Source of the DNA: an uncultured Nitrospiraceae bacterium
Lineage (GTDB): Bacteria; Nitrospirota; Thermodesulfovibrionia; Thermodesulfovibrionales; Dissulfurispiraceae
Assembly: GCA_963705105.1 (NCBI GenBank)
Contig: CAVPIW010000012.1
Span: 352,001-416,000, forward strand
Direction of reading: 5' to 3'
Length of the DNA stretch: 64,000 nt
Shown here piece after piece: positions 20,268 through 30,601 of this stretch. The first letter of the stretch is position 1; the number at the start of each line of letters is the position of its first letter. The notes beneath the pieces are model-generated. The model saw nothing but the letters and a program-made list of their open reading frames with translations, did not search any database and had not been told where the DNA came from. A program made the translations under genes and the position numbers.

Positions 20268-20500
20268 ATGGCCCAAAAAGTGTGAGTGTGAGTCATTGGT
20301 GTCCAAAATAACGTGACACGTGGATAGGGCATCCCTATCCACGCCTTCAAGGTCTCGCTGCGAGTTGTTTTAGTCACCTCTAAGTGTGAGTGGAAGGAAT
20401 CATTGTCACGGGTCTTTTGCAACATCCGGGGTTATTTGATAACATACATCGTTTCTGATTTGTCTGCCCGCTGTTGACTGCAAAGTCGACAGCTTTTCCT

Positions 20501-20587
20501 GGAGGGGTGGCCGAGCGGTTTAAGGCGACGGTCTTGAAAATCGTTGTAGGGGTAACTCTACCGTGGGTTCGAATCCCACCCCCTCCG
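20501..20587 (+). tRNA. tRNA-Ser(TGA)
   Basis: GGAGGGG/CCCCTCC acceptor stem, anticodon loop CTTGAAA, long variable arm, GGTTCGAATCC; CCA not encoded. Confidence 0.95.
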
Positions 20588-20662
20588 CTCCTTTCCATCG
20601 TGAGGCCATCTATCTTCGTACAATCAGCCTTGCATGAAAAGGCATGTCAATGCCGGAAGGCT

Positions 20663-21922
20663 TTACCATCGGAGAGTCATTTCGATCCCCCTGTAAGAGC
20701 TGCGGCACGAGGTGCCGCTCATCATCATCTCATGTCCCCGCGCTTCGCCGTCGACAGGCCTGCAGCGCCGCCCGTCCGGCGCCGGGTTCGTGATCCTCAC
20801 GCTGCTCTGCACACCCAGGAGCCGGTCAGTGACCGTGCTCAGGGCACCGAGGGGATCGGTCAGCACGAGGGCCAGCCTGTCGTACCATTCCATCTGCGTG
20901 CCCTTGGCCTTGATCTTTTCCCGCAGGGGTTCGAATACATACATGCCGATCAACGAGCCTGCGACGGGCGTCACGATGAGGTCCTGATAGGAAGGCGGCT
21001 CGAAGAGGGCCTCGACGCCGAATTCGAAAAGAGCCGAAAGGAACGCGGAATAGACGAACGATTCAAGTTTGTCGAACCCCCTTTCCCGGGCCCGTATGTA
21101 ATACGTGGCGCCCCAGTATGGGTGCACGATATAGTTCAGATACCACTTGTCTTCGTCCCACACCGGGTTTCTTACGTTGTTGAACCATCGGTCAAAGTCG
21201 TATGACTGCTTCTCTTCCTTCGACCATTGCGTGACGCTCTCCGGCAGGACGTAGAGGATTCCGACGACGACAAACTGATACCCGAAGAAGTATGCCGTAT
21301 CTCTGCCGATTCCCGACCAATCCTTCATTGGGACGTCCCCGGGTATCCGATCCCCGTTGAGCGGATGATCGTGCATCTCGCAGGGCCTGTCGCTCAGGAG
21401 ATCGGGCGGGATTTCTGTGATCGTGGCAGCCTCGGAGAAGAGCGACCGGTCATACCTGATTTCACCTGAACCGCGAAGAGAGATCTTCCTTCCGCAGGTA
21501 TCATGGGCATTCCTTCCCGTGCGCCCCTCATCACCAACTATCTGCCGGGGAGTCCGCGAGAGCGAACTGCCGTACATGTCGAAGATATCGGAAGTAGATG
21601 GCAGGCTCTCTTCCGGGAGAGGTTGACCGCTTTGTCTCTGCACAACGGACACGCCTGCCTGAAGGCTGATTTCTTCCGGTTGCTCCTTCGGCACAGTGGC
21701 ACAGAAAAGGACGGAACCTGCAGGGTCCACAGGAGATGACGACGACTTCCGCCCTGCGTCCTTCACATCGGCGTTGTTTTCATCTGCGGCACTCCGCCCC
21801 TGTGAAGGCAACGTTTCCGTCTCCGCAATCTCTCCATGAGCCACATCCATGGCAGCCACCAGCAGTGACCACAGCACAAGCAGTGCTGCAGCGGCTGTCC
21901 TGTTAAGAAATAATCGTCGCAT
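20663..21922 (-). CDS. DUF3943 domain-containing membrane/exported protein
   Basis: PVWDED.WYLNY..HPY.GA.YY..AR, EPPS.QDL..TP. Confidence 0.8.
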   Translation of the reverse strand: MRRLFLNRTAAAALLVLWSLLVAAMDVAHGEIAETETLPSQGRSAADENNADVKDAGRKSSSSPVDPAGSVLFCATVPKEQPEEISLQAGVSVVQRQSGQPLPEESLPSTSDIFDMYGSSLSRTPRQIVGDEGRTGRNAHDTCGRKISLRGSGEIRYDRSLFSEAATITEIPPDLLSDRPCEMHDHPLNGDRIPGDVPMKDWSGIGRDTAYFFGYQFVVVGILYVLPESVTQWSKEEKQSYDFDRWFNNVRNPVWDEDKWYLNYIVHPYWGATYYIRARERGFDKLESFVYSAFLSALFEFGVEALFEPPSYQDLIVTPVAGSLIGMYVFEPLREKIKAKGTQMEWYDRLALVLTDPLGALSTVTDRLLGVQSSVRITNPAPDGRRCRPVDGEARGHEMMMSGTSCRSSYRGIEMTLRW

Positions 21923-21994
21923 TGTCACCTTGTGGCCGCAGCGGCCTGGGTTGTCAGGCTGACCGTTCTCCATGATCGGATAGTATACCTTATC

Positions 21995-22192
21995 GTTGCA
22001 ATGCTCGCCCGGGAAAGGCGGGGCGTATGCGCCGAAAACCTTGCTGCGGCGACACCTGTATCAAAACGAAGGATGAACTATACGCTAATGGTCGATGACA
22101 CAAAGAGTGAAATCCTGAAACACGAAGATGACGAGGCGTATCGTCGCCTTCAGCAAGGCTTTGAGGCGTTTCGCCCCGCCTTTCAATGCAAC
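21995..22192. mobile_element. Family 1 MITE-like element (~200 bp)
   Basis: ~40-bp imperfect TIRs; homologous to 37268-37468 in reverse orientation. Confidence 0.75.
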
Positions 22193-22498
22193 TATAGGGT
22201 ATACTTGATACGACCGTCATGATTCAGACAGGGTTTCGGCTTTACAAGAACCCGCAGGGCGGAACGGAATAACCGGCTCATCCAAAGGGCATGAATATGC
22301 TACAGATCTGTAAGAAGGACAAGACACGGATATGTCGTATAATAAAATTATCCTGACCTGTCACTCCTGCGTGCCCGTTCTTTCGTGACAAGGTTCAGTA
22401 AATGAGAAGAGGGGCGGGCTGGCAGGTATGCCACGCTCCGAAACGCTGCGATGCAACGGGAGATGACTTGTGTCAGTCAATGTAAATGGGGGGGTGTC

Positions 22499-23017
22499 AT
22501 GCAAGAAGAAAACAACTCCGAAGAATCGGATAAAAGATTAGCGGCCGTGTGCGGCCTTTACTGCGGGGCCTGCTCCTTTTTCATCGCCACGACTGAGGAT
22601 CCCGAAAGGCTCACAAGGCTTGCCGAACAATTGAATCTTTCGGAGGAAGAGTGCAGGTGCTACGGGTGCCGGTCGGACAAGAGGGTGCTTCATTGTCAGA
22701 CCTGCAGGATCGCCGCCTGCGCAGCCGAACGGGGCGTCGGCTTTTGCAGCGAATGCGACGAGTATCCCTGCGAAGACCTGAGGGAGTTTCAGTGCGCAAG
22801 GCCCCATCGGGTCGAGCTGTGGATGAATCTTGAGCGTATTAGGTCCGCCGGCTATAAACAATGGATCGACGAAATGAGGGAGAACTATGCCTGCCCCCGG
22901 TGCCGGACCATCAACTCCGCGTATGACCTGGTCTGCCGGAAATGCGGCGGAGATCCCGCCTCCGATTTTATCGCCAGACACAGGCAGGTGATCGAAGAGC
23001 ATCTGAAGAACAGTTGA
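22499..23017 (+). CDS. DUF3795 Cys-rich protein
   Basis: CGLYCGAC, C.GC, C.I..CA......C.EC..YPC. Confidence 0.85.
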   Translation: MQEENNSEESDKRLAAVCGLYCGACSFFIATTEDPERLTRLAEQLNLSEEECRCYGCRSDKRVLHCQTCRIAACAAERGVGFCSECDEYPCEDLREFQCARPHRVELWMNLERIRSAGYKQWIDEMRENYACPRCRTINSAYDLVCRKCGGDPASDFIARHRQVIEEHLKNS

Positions 23018-23033
23018 TGCATAGCACGGGCCC

Positions 23034-24065
23034 GTGAAGAAAACGATTCCAAAGCCGCTCTCAGGCGGTCTCATCCTCTCCTACAAATGCACGTCGTCCT
23101 GCAGGCACTGCATCTACGGGTGCTCTCCGCGCTGGAACGCCGACTGGATGTCGCAGGAGGACCTGGAACTCATCCTTTCACAGCTTGCCGGCAAGATCCT
23201 CTCTGCTCCTCACGGTCCCAGGACGATCACCTTCAACCACGGTCTCCATTTCACGGGCGGCGAGCCTTTCCTGAATTTCGATCTCCTGTGCAGGGCCGCT
23301 GAAATCGCCGGCAAGCTGAAGATCCCCTCCACCTTTGTCGAGACGAACGGGTTCTGGGCCGTCGATGACAGGACGGCGAAGGATAAGCTGAAGCTCCTCA
23401 AGAGCAAGGGACTCCGGGGCATCATGATATCCGTGAATCCCTACTATCTCGAGTCCGTTCCCTTCGAGCGGACGGAGCGCGCCGTGAAAGCCGGCATCGA
23501 CGTTTTCGGGGGGAATGTGCTCGTGTACCAGCTCGAATACTTCAGGCGGTTCAGAGACCTGGGCATTTCAGGCATTATGCCTTTTGAAAAATACCTGGAT
23601 CTTGAGGGCAGGGACAGCCTCGCCCGGAATGTGGAACTGCTCCTCATGGGAAGGGCGCCCTATGCGCTGCGGTCCGTGATGGAGGGTCTCTATCCCGCCC
23701 GGGAGGCGGCCAGTTATCTTGATGAACCATGCGCATCGGCCTTCGTGCGGGGACTGCACAATCATTTCGACAATTACGGCAATTACATACCGGGATTCTG
23801 CGGCGGCATATCATTCGGCGATTGCCGGAGGCTCGATGTCCTGCTGCGCGACGGGGTGGACACGGAGCAATTTCCGGTGCTCGCGTTCCTGATGGACAAT
23901 GATTTCAGGGGTCTCCATGCCTTCGCCCGGGAGCGGGGATTCCGGGAGCGGCCGGATGGTTATATTTCGAAATGTCACCTCTGCACCGATATGCGGAGGC
24001 ATCTTGCCCTGAACGGCGATTTCGCGGAGCTTGCGCCGAAGGAGTTTTACCGGCACCTGGAATGA
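23034..24065 (+). CDS. Radical SAM protein, function unknown
   Basis: CTSSCRHC, FTGGEPF, ETNGFW, C-terminal KCHLC. Confidence 0.88.
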   Translation: MKKTIPKPLSGGLILSYKCTSSCRHCIYGCSPRWNADWMSQEDLELILSQLAGKILSAPHGPRTITFNHGLHFTGGEPFLNFDLLCRAAEIAGKLKIPSTFVETNGFWAVDDRTAKDKLKLLKSKGLRGIMISVNPYYLESVPFERTERAVKAGIDVFGGNVLVYQLEYFRRFRDLGISGIMPFEKYLDLEGRDSLARNVELLLMGRAPYALRSVMEGLYPAREAASYLDEPCASAFVRGLHNHFDNYGNYIPGFCGGISFGDCRRLDVLLRDGVDTEQFPVLAFLMDNDFRGLHAFARERGFRERPDGYISKCHLCTDMRRHLALNGDFAELAPKEFYRHLE

Positions 24066-24097
24066 ATGAAAATCCTTGGAGTGACTCCCGGATTATG

Positions 24098-24185
24098 ATG
24101 GACATCGCGACAAAGATGGTCTGTGATCCGGCCGGTCTTCAGGATGGCTTTCGTGTTCTCGTCGACCGGGTATGCCCACTGACTT
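24098..24185 (+). pseudogene. Truncated DUF488/YeaO-like remnant
   Basis: DIATKMVCDPAGLQDGFRVLVDRVCP resembles the YeaO N-terminus (KRVYD...DG.RVLVDRLWP); similarity stops at a repeat. Confidence 0.55.
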
Positions 24186-24257
24186 GGGAAGGCAGATATC
24201 AGCACTCAGGCTTTTCGGCATCTTCGCCCCGCCTTTCCGGATGGCGTATGCTACGAT
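24186..24257. repeat. Chimeric family 2/family 1 remnant
   Basis: GGGAAGGCAGATAT joined to CTTCGCCCCGCCTTTCCGG. Confidence 0.6.
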
Positions 24258-24282
24258 AAGGTTCACTCTTGCAGTGTCTGTG

Positions 24283-25494
24283 TCACTGAGAGGAGATTCG
24301 GGGCATCCATTCCCTCATGCGCCAGGAAATGAACTTCGCGTAATGACGCGGCAGCATGCGGCTCCGATTGTCACCGTAGAGGTCCTTGAGCTCTCCCGGC
24401 GAGGGAAAGAGAGCCGTCACGAAGGACAGCAGCATCTTCTTCCGTATGTCGAGGGCGAGTCGGGCCATGAACTTGTCTCTCCGGTCCTGGAACACATGGT
24501 CTTTCTCCGCGATGGAGCGAAAGTAACGGTTCAGCATGACAGGTTTCCCGTGCCCGGATTTTCCGACGGCTTCCCTGAAATTCCGCAGGGCCGTCTCACT
24601 TTCCGCGCGCTCCTTGCATAGCATCTTCATCTGACCCAGGGTGATCATCGCCGTTTTCAGCAGTCCTATGTGCGTCAGCCTTTGCGCGAAGGCGCCCCAG
24701 TCGATCGAGTCACCGTATTTGTGCAATGCCCAGATGATATCCGTCAGTATCCTGAGCTCCCTGAAGGAGTGCATATGATGATGCATCAGCAGGTGAATGA
24801 CCGTCATGGCCGGTGACAGCCTGAACTGCATCCTGTCGATGCGGACCGCATCGGCCCAGATATCCTCGGATGAAAGCCTGAAGAATGACGGGATGCCGAA
24901 ATTCCAGTGCACTTCGATGAGGTCGTCCGTTGCCGGGCGGTGATAGACGGCGTGGTGGATGCGCTTTGCCCAGAAGGTCAGGGGTAGCCGATCAAGCCTT
25001 CTGTATCCGTTCCCCGAGAGGACCGCATCGGCGCGCAACATATCGTCCTGCCTGATCAGCAGGTCGATGTCGGCGGAGGTCCGGCAGAAAGGGTCACCGT
25101 ACAAATCGCAGGCAATGGTCGATCCCCTCAGCAGGACGGAAGGGATGCCCTCTCCGGACAGCAGATCGATCGTGCAGCTTTCGGCGACTTCCCTCCTCGT
25201 CGTGCGTGCGACGTTCCCGTAATAAGCCGCCTTCATTTCATCCAGGAAGTCATCGACGGCGTCCCGGGGTTTGATGCGGTCTCTGTTCCTGCTTACCTGC
25301 GCGTAGAGGAGCATGAGAAGATTGTGCCGGCGGGCCTCACGCGCCATGTCCGACAGTCCCGCGGGCGTGACGGACACCGGCTGTCCGGCCCCGAAGGGCA
25401 GGACAAGGGTCATGAGAGATTCCATTCCCTGAGTCACCGTGAAAAGGCCCTCCCTCTTACCGACAACCGCTCCTGTCTTCTTGACATCGCACAA
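24283..25494 (-). CDS. Uncharacterised nucleotidyltransferase family protein (NTP_transf_5); start uncertain
   Basis: LLRG......LY.....R.S.DIDLLI, IEVHW, HLL.H. Confidence 0.85.
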   Translation of the reverse strand: MCDVKKTGAVVGKREGLFTVTQGMESLMTLVLPFGAGQPVSVTPAGLSDMAREARRHNLLMLLYAQVSRNRDRIKPRDAVDDFLDEMKAAYYGNVARTTRREVAESCTIDLLSGEGIPSVLLRGSTIACDLYGDPFCRTSADIDLLIRQDDMLRADAVLSGNGYRRLDRLPLTFWAKRIHHAVYHRPATDDLIEVHWNFGIPSFFRLSSEDIWADAVRIDRMQFRLSPAMTVIHLLMHHHMHSFRELRILTDIIWALHKYGDSIDWGAFAQRLTHIGLLKTAMITLGQMKMLCKERAESETALRNFREAVGKSGHGKPVMLNRYFRSIAEKDHVFQDRRDKFMARLALDIRKKMLLSFVTALFPSPGELKDLYGDNRSRMLPRHYAKFISWRMREWMPRISSQ

Positions 25495-26672
25495 TCATAA
25501 ATGCGCATCAGGGCATCGTGGTTCACATCGCCGGCGCATGCCTTCCCGAATGCCATTCTCGCCGCATCGGCCATTTGTTCGAGCTTCTCTCTGTCACCCC
25601 ACAAGTCCTTCACTGCACGAAGGAGGTCGCCGGAGCTTCCGGGATTGAAGAGAACGCCTGTATTCCCGTCGGCGACGATGCAGGGCAACGAGCCGATGCG
25701 CGATGCGGCGACGGGCACGGCGAGGGAGAAGGCCTCCCTGATCACGAGGGGGAAGCCCTCATAGGACAGGGACGGGAGCGCCAGCAAGCGGGCGAGGGCC
25801 AGGCGGGCCTGAACCTCCGCGAAAGGGAGCGGCCCTGCAAATGTGATCTTGTCCTTCAGGGCCTGCCGGACAACCCTTGTTTCAAGGGCCTGTCTTTCCG
25901 GTCCCTCTCCGATGATCTCCAGGAAAGGAGCGTTTTCCCCCCATTTCATCCATGCATCGAGAAGCAGGTGCACCCCCTTCTCGGGGCCGATGCGGCCTAT
26001 GAAAACGACCTTATTCTCCCTTTGGCTCCACGGCACCGGGGACGGCGGGCAGGGATGACAGGGGCTTTTGACATGCACGAGGTCACCGGGAAGGCCCGCA
26101 TCGATAACCTTGCGGCGCTGAAAATCGGTAAGGGCAACAAAGGCATCGACCTTGTCCGTCCATGTTCCCGTCATCCGGTGAAGGGCGATCTTTGCCGCCA
26201 GCGGGGCCGTCGCAAGCCTGCTGCCCCGGTAACAGCCGTATGTCAGGGCCGGCAGGACCGTGTCCTTGTCGAGGCATTCGCTGCAGGCGAGGCCGCTCCG
26301 CATGGGTATCGCCGCGGCACAAAAGATCCGGTAATTGTGCAGGGTCATCACCGTGGCGGTGGGGAAATTTCGCATCGCGTAGAAGGCCGCCGGTGATATG
26401 AGGGGAAAGGTGTTGTGCACATGCATGACGTCCGGCCGTTCCCTTTCGATCGTTCTTCGCAGCTCCCGCATGGCAAAGGGGTTCCAGGGCGTGCTCAACG
26501 CTCCGAGAACCGTGCCCGAGGGGCCGAGATTTCTTATGTCGTCGCTGTGCCGCGTGAATTCGACGACGGCATGTCCGTGCCGCCTCAGGAGGTTTGCCTC
26601 GTCCAGAAATGCCCTGTTTTCACCGCTCGGCGACGATGAACCATAGAAGTTGTGGACGAGGAGGACCTTCAT
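25434..26672 (-). CDS. Glycosyltransferase family 4
   Basis: HNFY..SSPSGE, GRIGPEKG, EGFPLVIREA. Confidence 0.9.
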   Translation of the reverse strand: MKVLLVHNFYGSSSPSGENRAFLDEANLLRRHGHAVVEFTRHSDDIRNLGPSGTVLGALSTPWNPFAMRELRRTIERERPDVMHVHNTFPLISPAAFYAMRNFPTATVMTLHNYRIFCAAAIPMRSGLACSECLDKDTVLPALTYGCYRGSRLATAPLAAKIALHRMTGTWTDKVDAFVALTDFQRRKVIDAGLPGDLVHVKSPCHPCPPSPVPWSQRENKVVFIGRIGPEKGVHLLLDAWMKWGENAPFLEIIGEGPERQALETRVVRQALKDKITFAGPLPFAEVQARLALARLLALPSLSYEGFPLVIREAFSLAVPVAASRIGSLPCIVADGNTGVLFNPGSSGDLLRAVKDLWGDREKLEQMADAARMAFGKACAGDVNHDALMRIYDCAMSRRQERLSVRGRAFSR

Positions 26673-26701
26673 GTCGGGATTCCTCTGCGTACACCATAAC
26701 C

Positions 26702-27097
26702 TTGCTGTGAAAGGCGGGGAGAAGCGCTCTGACAAACAGTGTCAGTGTGAGTGTCAGTGTCAGCAAACCCAACAGGTGCACGAAAAGGCGGGGCAAAACG
26801 CCTCAAAGCCTCGCTGATTACGAGATTGATCATTCTAAGTTCGTTTTTCAGGATTCCATCCTTTGTGACATCGATCGTTTGCCTGAAATAGTCTGCATGG
26901 GAAGGCAAAGGTTTCGCAGCACCGATGCTTTTCGGCGCATTCGCCCCGCATTTTCTTGAGGGAGTATGCAACAATAACGTAAAAAGGCTCACTTTTTCGA
27001 TCGTTTGCTTGAAACGTTGACTTCTGTCACGGTTACGGTGTCGCCGCAGCAAGGTTTTCGGCGCATACGCCCCGCCTTTCAGTCGGGTATATACAAC
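26702..27097. mobile_element. Composite of nested/tandem family 1 elements with a hexamer array
   Basis: Two left ends, a (GTGTSA)n tract, a reverse copy of 885-1069, and a further right end. Confidence 0.7.
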
Positions 27098-27105
27098 AGG
27101 TCGAT

Positions 27106-28347
27106 TCATGTGACGACAACGTGCCCTTTCCAGAATCGTGTAAAGACGTTGGACATGAAGCCCCCGGGAGGACGCCGGGGTATTCCTGTCGCTTCGATGA
27201 CCGCCCGGGAGAATCTATCCAGGGGCCATTCGGCCACAATCGCCTGTGAGTGATCTCCCATGGCATACAGCATGTCCGGTGTCAGGCTGCTCATGCGGAG
27301 CATCAAGCGGGCAAGGGCGGCTCTGTCACCCCGGTCAAAGGTCCACCCGTTGACTCCCTCGCACACAAGTGACGTCGCAGCGCCGCATCCCCTGCTCACG
27401 ATGACCGGCAGGCCCGATGCCATCCCCTCGTTGACGACGAGTCCCCACGGGTCGGACCGGCTCGGCACGACGAGAGCGCCCGCAAGGGCGTAATGAATGC
27501 ACAGGCTGTCACCGTATCTCGGGCCTGCAAGATGAACCGCCTCCATGCGGGCGGCACGGCTGCCGATGACTTTTCTTTCAGGACCGTCTCCGACAAGGAC
27601 CATGTCCCAGGGATCGTCAGCCATTATTCTATACCTGTCGTAGGCGTCAAGGAGATCGCCGACCCCCTTTCTTTGGAGAAACCTCCCCACAAAAAGAAAA
27701 TACCTGTCCGGCAGGGAAAGGGTTCTTCTCCATTCCCTTTCCCTGAGACGCGCCGCATCGGCGGCATGTGCGTAATAGTCATTATCGACGACATCGACCC
27801 CGCAGACGAGACGGTCTTCGGGAAAACCCATCATCCTGAAATAGTCCATGTGAAAAGGGGCGGGGATAAATGCCCCATCGATGTTCCTGTGGATCCGGCG
27901 CTTGATGAACCCTGTCAGTGCACCGCCACGGTCCGTCTGTTTCCATGCGTCGTCCATCATGATCACCCGGGCGGTGCTCCGGCAGCGGTAAGAGACGGCA
28001 GCCATCCCTTCCGGGAAGGGAGTGGCCGGGGCGAAGATGACATCCGGTTTGATTTCCCCCAGAACGGTCTCAACGGCCCGGAATATCCGGCCGCTTGTAT
28101 GATTGTGATAGGATGACCGGGGAAAACAGCACACATGAACAAAGTCCCTCTCCTTTTTGGCTGAGGCGGGAAACGGGTAGGCATTGTCCGATGACGCCAC
28201 TTCAACGCCTGTCAGGCGACTGCCTGCAGCTGCCAGCCCCCGCGCAAGATGGGACAGCCTTGCCGCGTGGTACGGCAGGAATCGCTGCCAGACGACGGCA
28301 ACATGCAGACCTGCTTCGCCGGTATCGCTTACAGTTGACGTTACCAC
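27106..28347 (-). CDS. Glycosyltransferase family 4
   Basis: FVGRF...KG, DPWGLVVNEGMASGLP; GTG start overlapping the upstream stop. Confidence 0.88.
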   Translation of the reverse strand: MVTSTVSDTGEAGLHVAVVWQRFLPYHAARLSHLARGLAAAGSRLTGVEVASSDNAYPFPASAKKERDFVHVCCFPRSSYHNHTSGRIFRAVETVLGEIKPDVIFAPATPFPEGMAAVSYRCRSTARVIMMDDAWKQTDRGGALTGFIKRRIHRNIDGAFIPAPFHMDYFRMMGFPEDRLVCGVDVVDNDYYAHAADAARLREREWRRTLSLPDRYFLFVGRFLQRKGVGDLLDAYDRYRIMADDPWDMVLVGDGPERKVIGSRAARMEAVHLAGPRYGDSLCIHYALAGALVVPSRSDPWGLVVNEGMASGLPVIVSRGCGAATSLVCEGVNGWTFDRGDRAALARLMLRMSSLTPDMLYAMGDHSQAIVAEWPLDRFSRAVIEATGIPRRPPGGFMSNVFTRFWKGHVVVT

Positions 28348-29543
28348 TTTAACCTCGCCCAGAGGGCCCTGCGCGCCGAAGGCGCCTGTGTCGAGTTCGT
28401 CGCGTAGGCGAGCCCGATGATGGTGAATTGCAGGTTCCCGAAATAGGCTGCATAGAGAATGATGTTGTCGGTGGACATGAAAAGGCAGAAAGCGAGAAAA
28501 GAGGATGCGCCGGCATAAAACAGGATGCGTGTCACGCCTGCCGTCTTCATCCCCGTTCTCAATAGATGGACCATCTGCCAGAGCATGCAAAAAGAGAAGA
28601 TGACCGTTCCGACGTAACCGTAGTCGTAAAGCAGCCGCAGCCAGTCGTTATGGGGATGAGTCATCGCCCCCGTCAGCTTCAGGACGAAGGGCTCCGACGC
28701 ATTGGCGCCGTGGCCGAACCAGGGCCGTGAGTCGATCTGCCCCTGCATGTGGTCCCATATGTATCGCCTGCCGCTTGTCGCCAGGTTCGGATTGTCCCAT
28801 CTGATGTCCTGGAAAGAGCCGCTCCCCGAGTAAAAGGTCTTCTGCTGGACACGTTCGGTCAAGAAGAAGCTGTAGCCTGCGATCACGATCATCGCAGCCA
28901 GCACGAGTCTTTTCATAAGTTTCATGGGCGCAAAGGTGAGCGGCAGGGAAAGTCCCGCGGCGAATATACCCATTCTCGTCAAAGCGACAACGGGAATCAT
29001 GGCAAGCGCCGCCCACCAATAAAGGTCGGGCTTCGATCCGAACATATAGTTAGTGGCAAAAATGGTGCAGAGCAGTGCGCCGGTCATCACTTCCGGGGCA
29101 AGCCCGGATGTCTTCGGCAGCGTGCCCGTCAGGTGCATCCCGGTCTTGAAGACCGTGCTGACACACAAGACAACGGCCAGCCAGCAGCATGCCTTCCGGA
29201 ACGCCGCCAAGTCGCCGGCCGTGTATTTTCCTGCTGAGACGGCGATGCCGATGAGCAGGGGACAGAGGATCATGATGCTTCTCTGGGCGGCGTTCTCCGC
29301 ATCGGCGAAGGACAGGTAGATCAGAACGACCGTTATCCAGGGTATCCAGATATGGACGGGGAAGGTTATGCGTTCGCGCTTTACCAGGTAGTATACGAGC
29401 GCAGCAGCCAGCGGGACGGCCCAGGCATACCCGGATATGCTGTAACCCAGGAATGAGGAGCCTCCGATACACGCTATCATCGTTGATACGACGATAACCC
29501 AGAGGAGAGGGGGCTCACTCGTTTTCAACAAGTTCCGTATCAT
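28341..29543 (-). CDS. O-antigen ligase/polymerase (Wzy_C) family protein
   Basis: Many TM helices; SGR..IW, PWFGHG, HPHNDWLRLL. Confidence 0.85.
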   Translation of the reverse strand: MIRNLLKTSEPPLLWVIVVSTMIACIGGSSFLGYSISGYAWAVPLAAALVYYLVKRERITFPVHIWIPWITVVLIYLSFADAENAAQRSIMILCPLLIGIAVSAGKYTAGDLAAFRKACCWLAVVLCVSTVFKTGMHLTGTLPKTSGLAPEVMTGALLCTIFATNYMFGSKPDLYWWAALAMIPVVALTRMGIFAAGLSLPLTFAPMKLMKRLVLAAMIVIAGYSFFLTERVQQKTFYSGSGSFQDIRWDNPNLATSGRRYIWDHMQGQIDSRPWFGHGANASEPFVLKLTGAMTHPHNDWLRLLYDYGYVGTVIFSFCMLWQMVHLLRTGMKTAGVTRILFYAGASSFLAFCLFMSTDNIILYAAYFGNLQFTIIGLAYATNSTQAPSARRALWARLKW

Positions 29544-30550
29544 GATGCAGACCGCCCGTCAAAGGAAACGCACCGGATGGACTCTCTCTTGGCGTGCAGT
29601 GTCGTGAGGAATCTTGCAGAAAGCCCCAGGGGCATCATCGCGAGAATAAGGAGAAGACATAATTTCAGGCTCCGTCTGGCTCGCATCGCCTCTCTGACTT
29701 CACTGACAGCGTTCACGCGTTCACCGAGATGAATGAAGATGACGGCCCTCATCCTGTGCCAGAGGGCGACATAATCGCTCAGGCCTTTCATTCTTCTCGA
29801 AGGATGCTCCTCCGACAAGCGCTTGAGCTCATAGCCCACCCTGTCAGGCATTTGGGGAACCCTGCCGGGCCGGTCGGACATCTTCAGAGGAGCCCAGAAG
29901 GATGATTTTGGAACAGTACAATAGGCGATGTCATGCTGTGAAGCCAGTCTCGCCCACGTAAGCAGGTCCTCTCCCGAGGAGATACCCTCCGGGAACCCCC
30001 CCACCGCGGTCATCGCCTCCTTGGTAACCGCTATAGCCGATGATAACAGAGGCGGATCCGAATACGCCGCAATAAGGAAATAATCGGTGAGGATGCCGGA
30101 GGTGAGCGCCTTGGGTATCTTGTTCAGAACCGCCCTCCGCATGTGACCGGGGCGACGGATGAAATATGACGTCCCGTAGACGCCACAGTGCGGATACTCG
30201 CGCCTGAGGCTGAGAATGGTTTCGAGAAAATCGTTCTCCCATTCGTCATCTGCATCGAGGAAAGCAATTACGTCACCCTGTGCCTCGCTGACTCCCCGGT
30301 TTCTCGCTGAAGACACCCCGGAATTGGGCTGATCCAAAATCTTTATCCGCCGGTCCTTGAACGACCTCACCGCATCAGGTCCCCTGTCCGTCGAGCCGTC
30401 ATTTACGATACTCAACTCAAAATCCGTGACGGTCTGTGAAAGCACTGATTCCAGCGCCCGCCCGACCGTCTCTTCCTTGTTGTAGAGCGGCATGACAATG
30501 GAGACCGCCACCTCACTGGGGGAGCACTCCGGGCAGTTATATATGGTCAT
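29540..30550 (-). CDS. Glycosyltransferase family 2
   Basis: SIVMPLYN, VNDGSTD, GVSSARNRG, FLDADD, GED. Confidence 0.92.
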   Translation of the reverse strand: MTIYNCPECSPSEVAVSIVMPLYNKEETVGRALESVLSQTVTDFELSIVNDGSTDRGPDAVRSFKDRRIKILDQPNSGVSSARNRGVSEAQGDVIAFLDADDEWENDFLETILSLRREYPHCGVYGTSYFIRRPGHMRRAVLNKIPKALTSGILTDYFLIAAYSDPPLLSSAIAVTKEAMTAVGGFPEGISSGEDLLTWARLASQHDIAYCTVPKSSFWAPLKMSDRPGRVPQMPDRVGYELKRLSEEHPSRRMKGLSDYVALWHRMRAVIFIHLGERVNAVSEVREAMRARRSLKLCLLLILAMMPLGLSARFLTTLHAKRESIRCVSFDGRSAS

Positions 30551-30601
30551 GACACGTTCACCATATCCCGAAACCAGATCCGGGCGGAAAGCTCCGGGCG
30601 T

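Noticed and set aside
20501..20587. tRNA-Ser as the attachment site of an integrated island
   Set aside because: No integrase nearby, and I found no duplicated tRNA 3' end in the window
21995..22192. Family 1 elements as integron attC sites
   Set aside because: Ends read GTTGCA...TGCAAC, the reverse of the RYYYAAC...GTTRRRY arrangement; orientations are mixed, copies flank housekeeping genes, and no integrase is present
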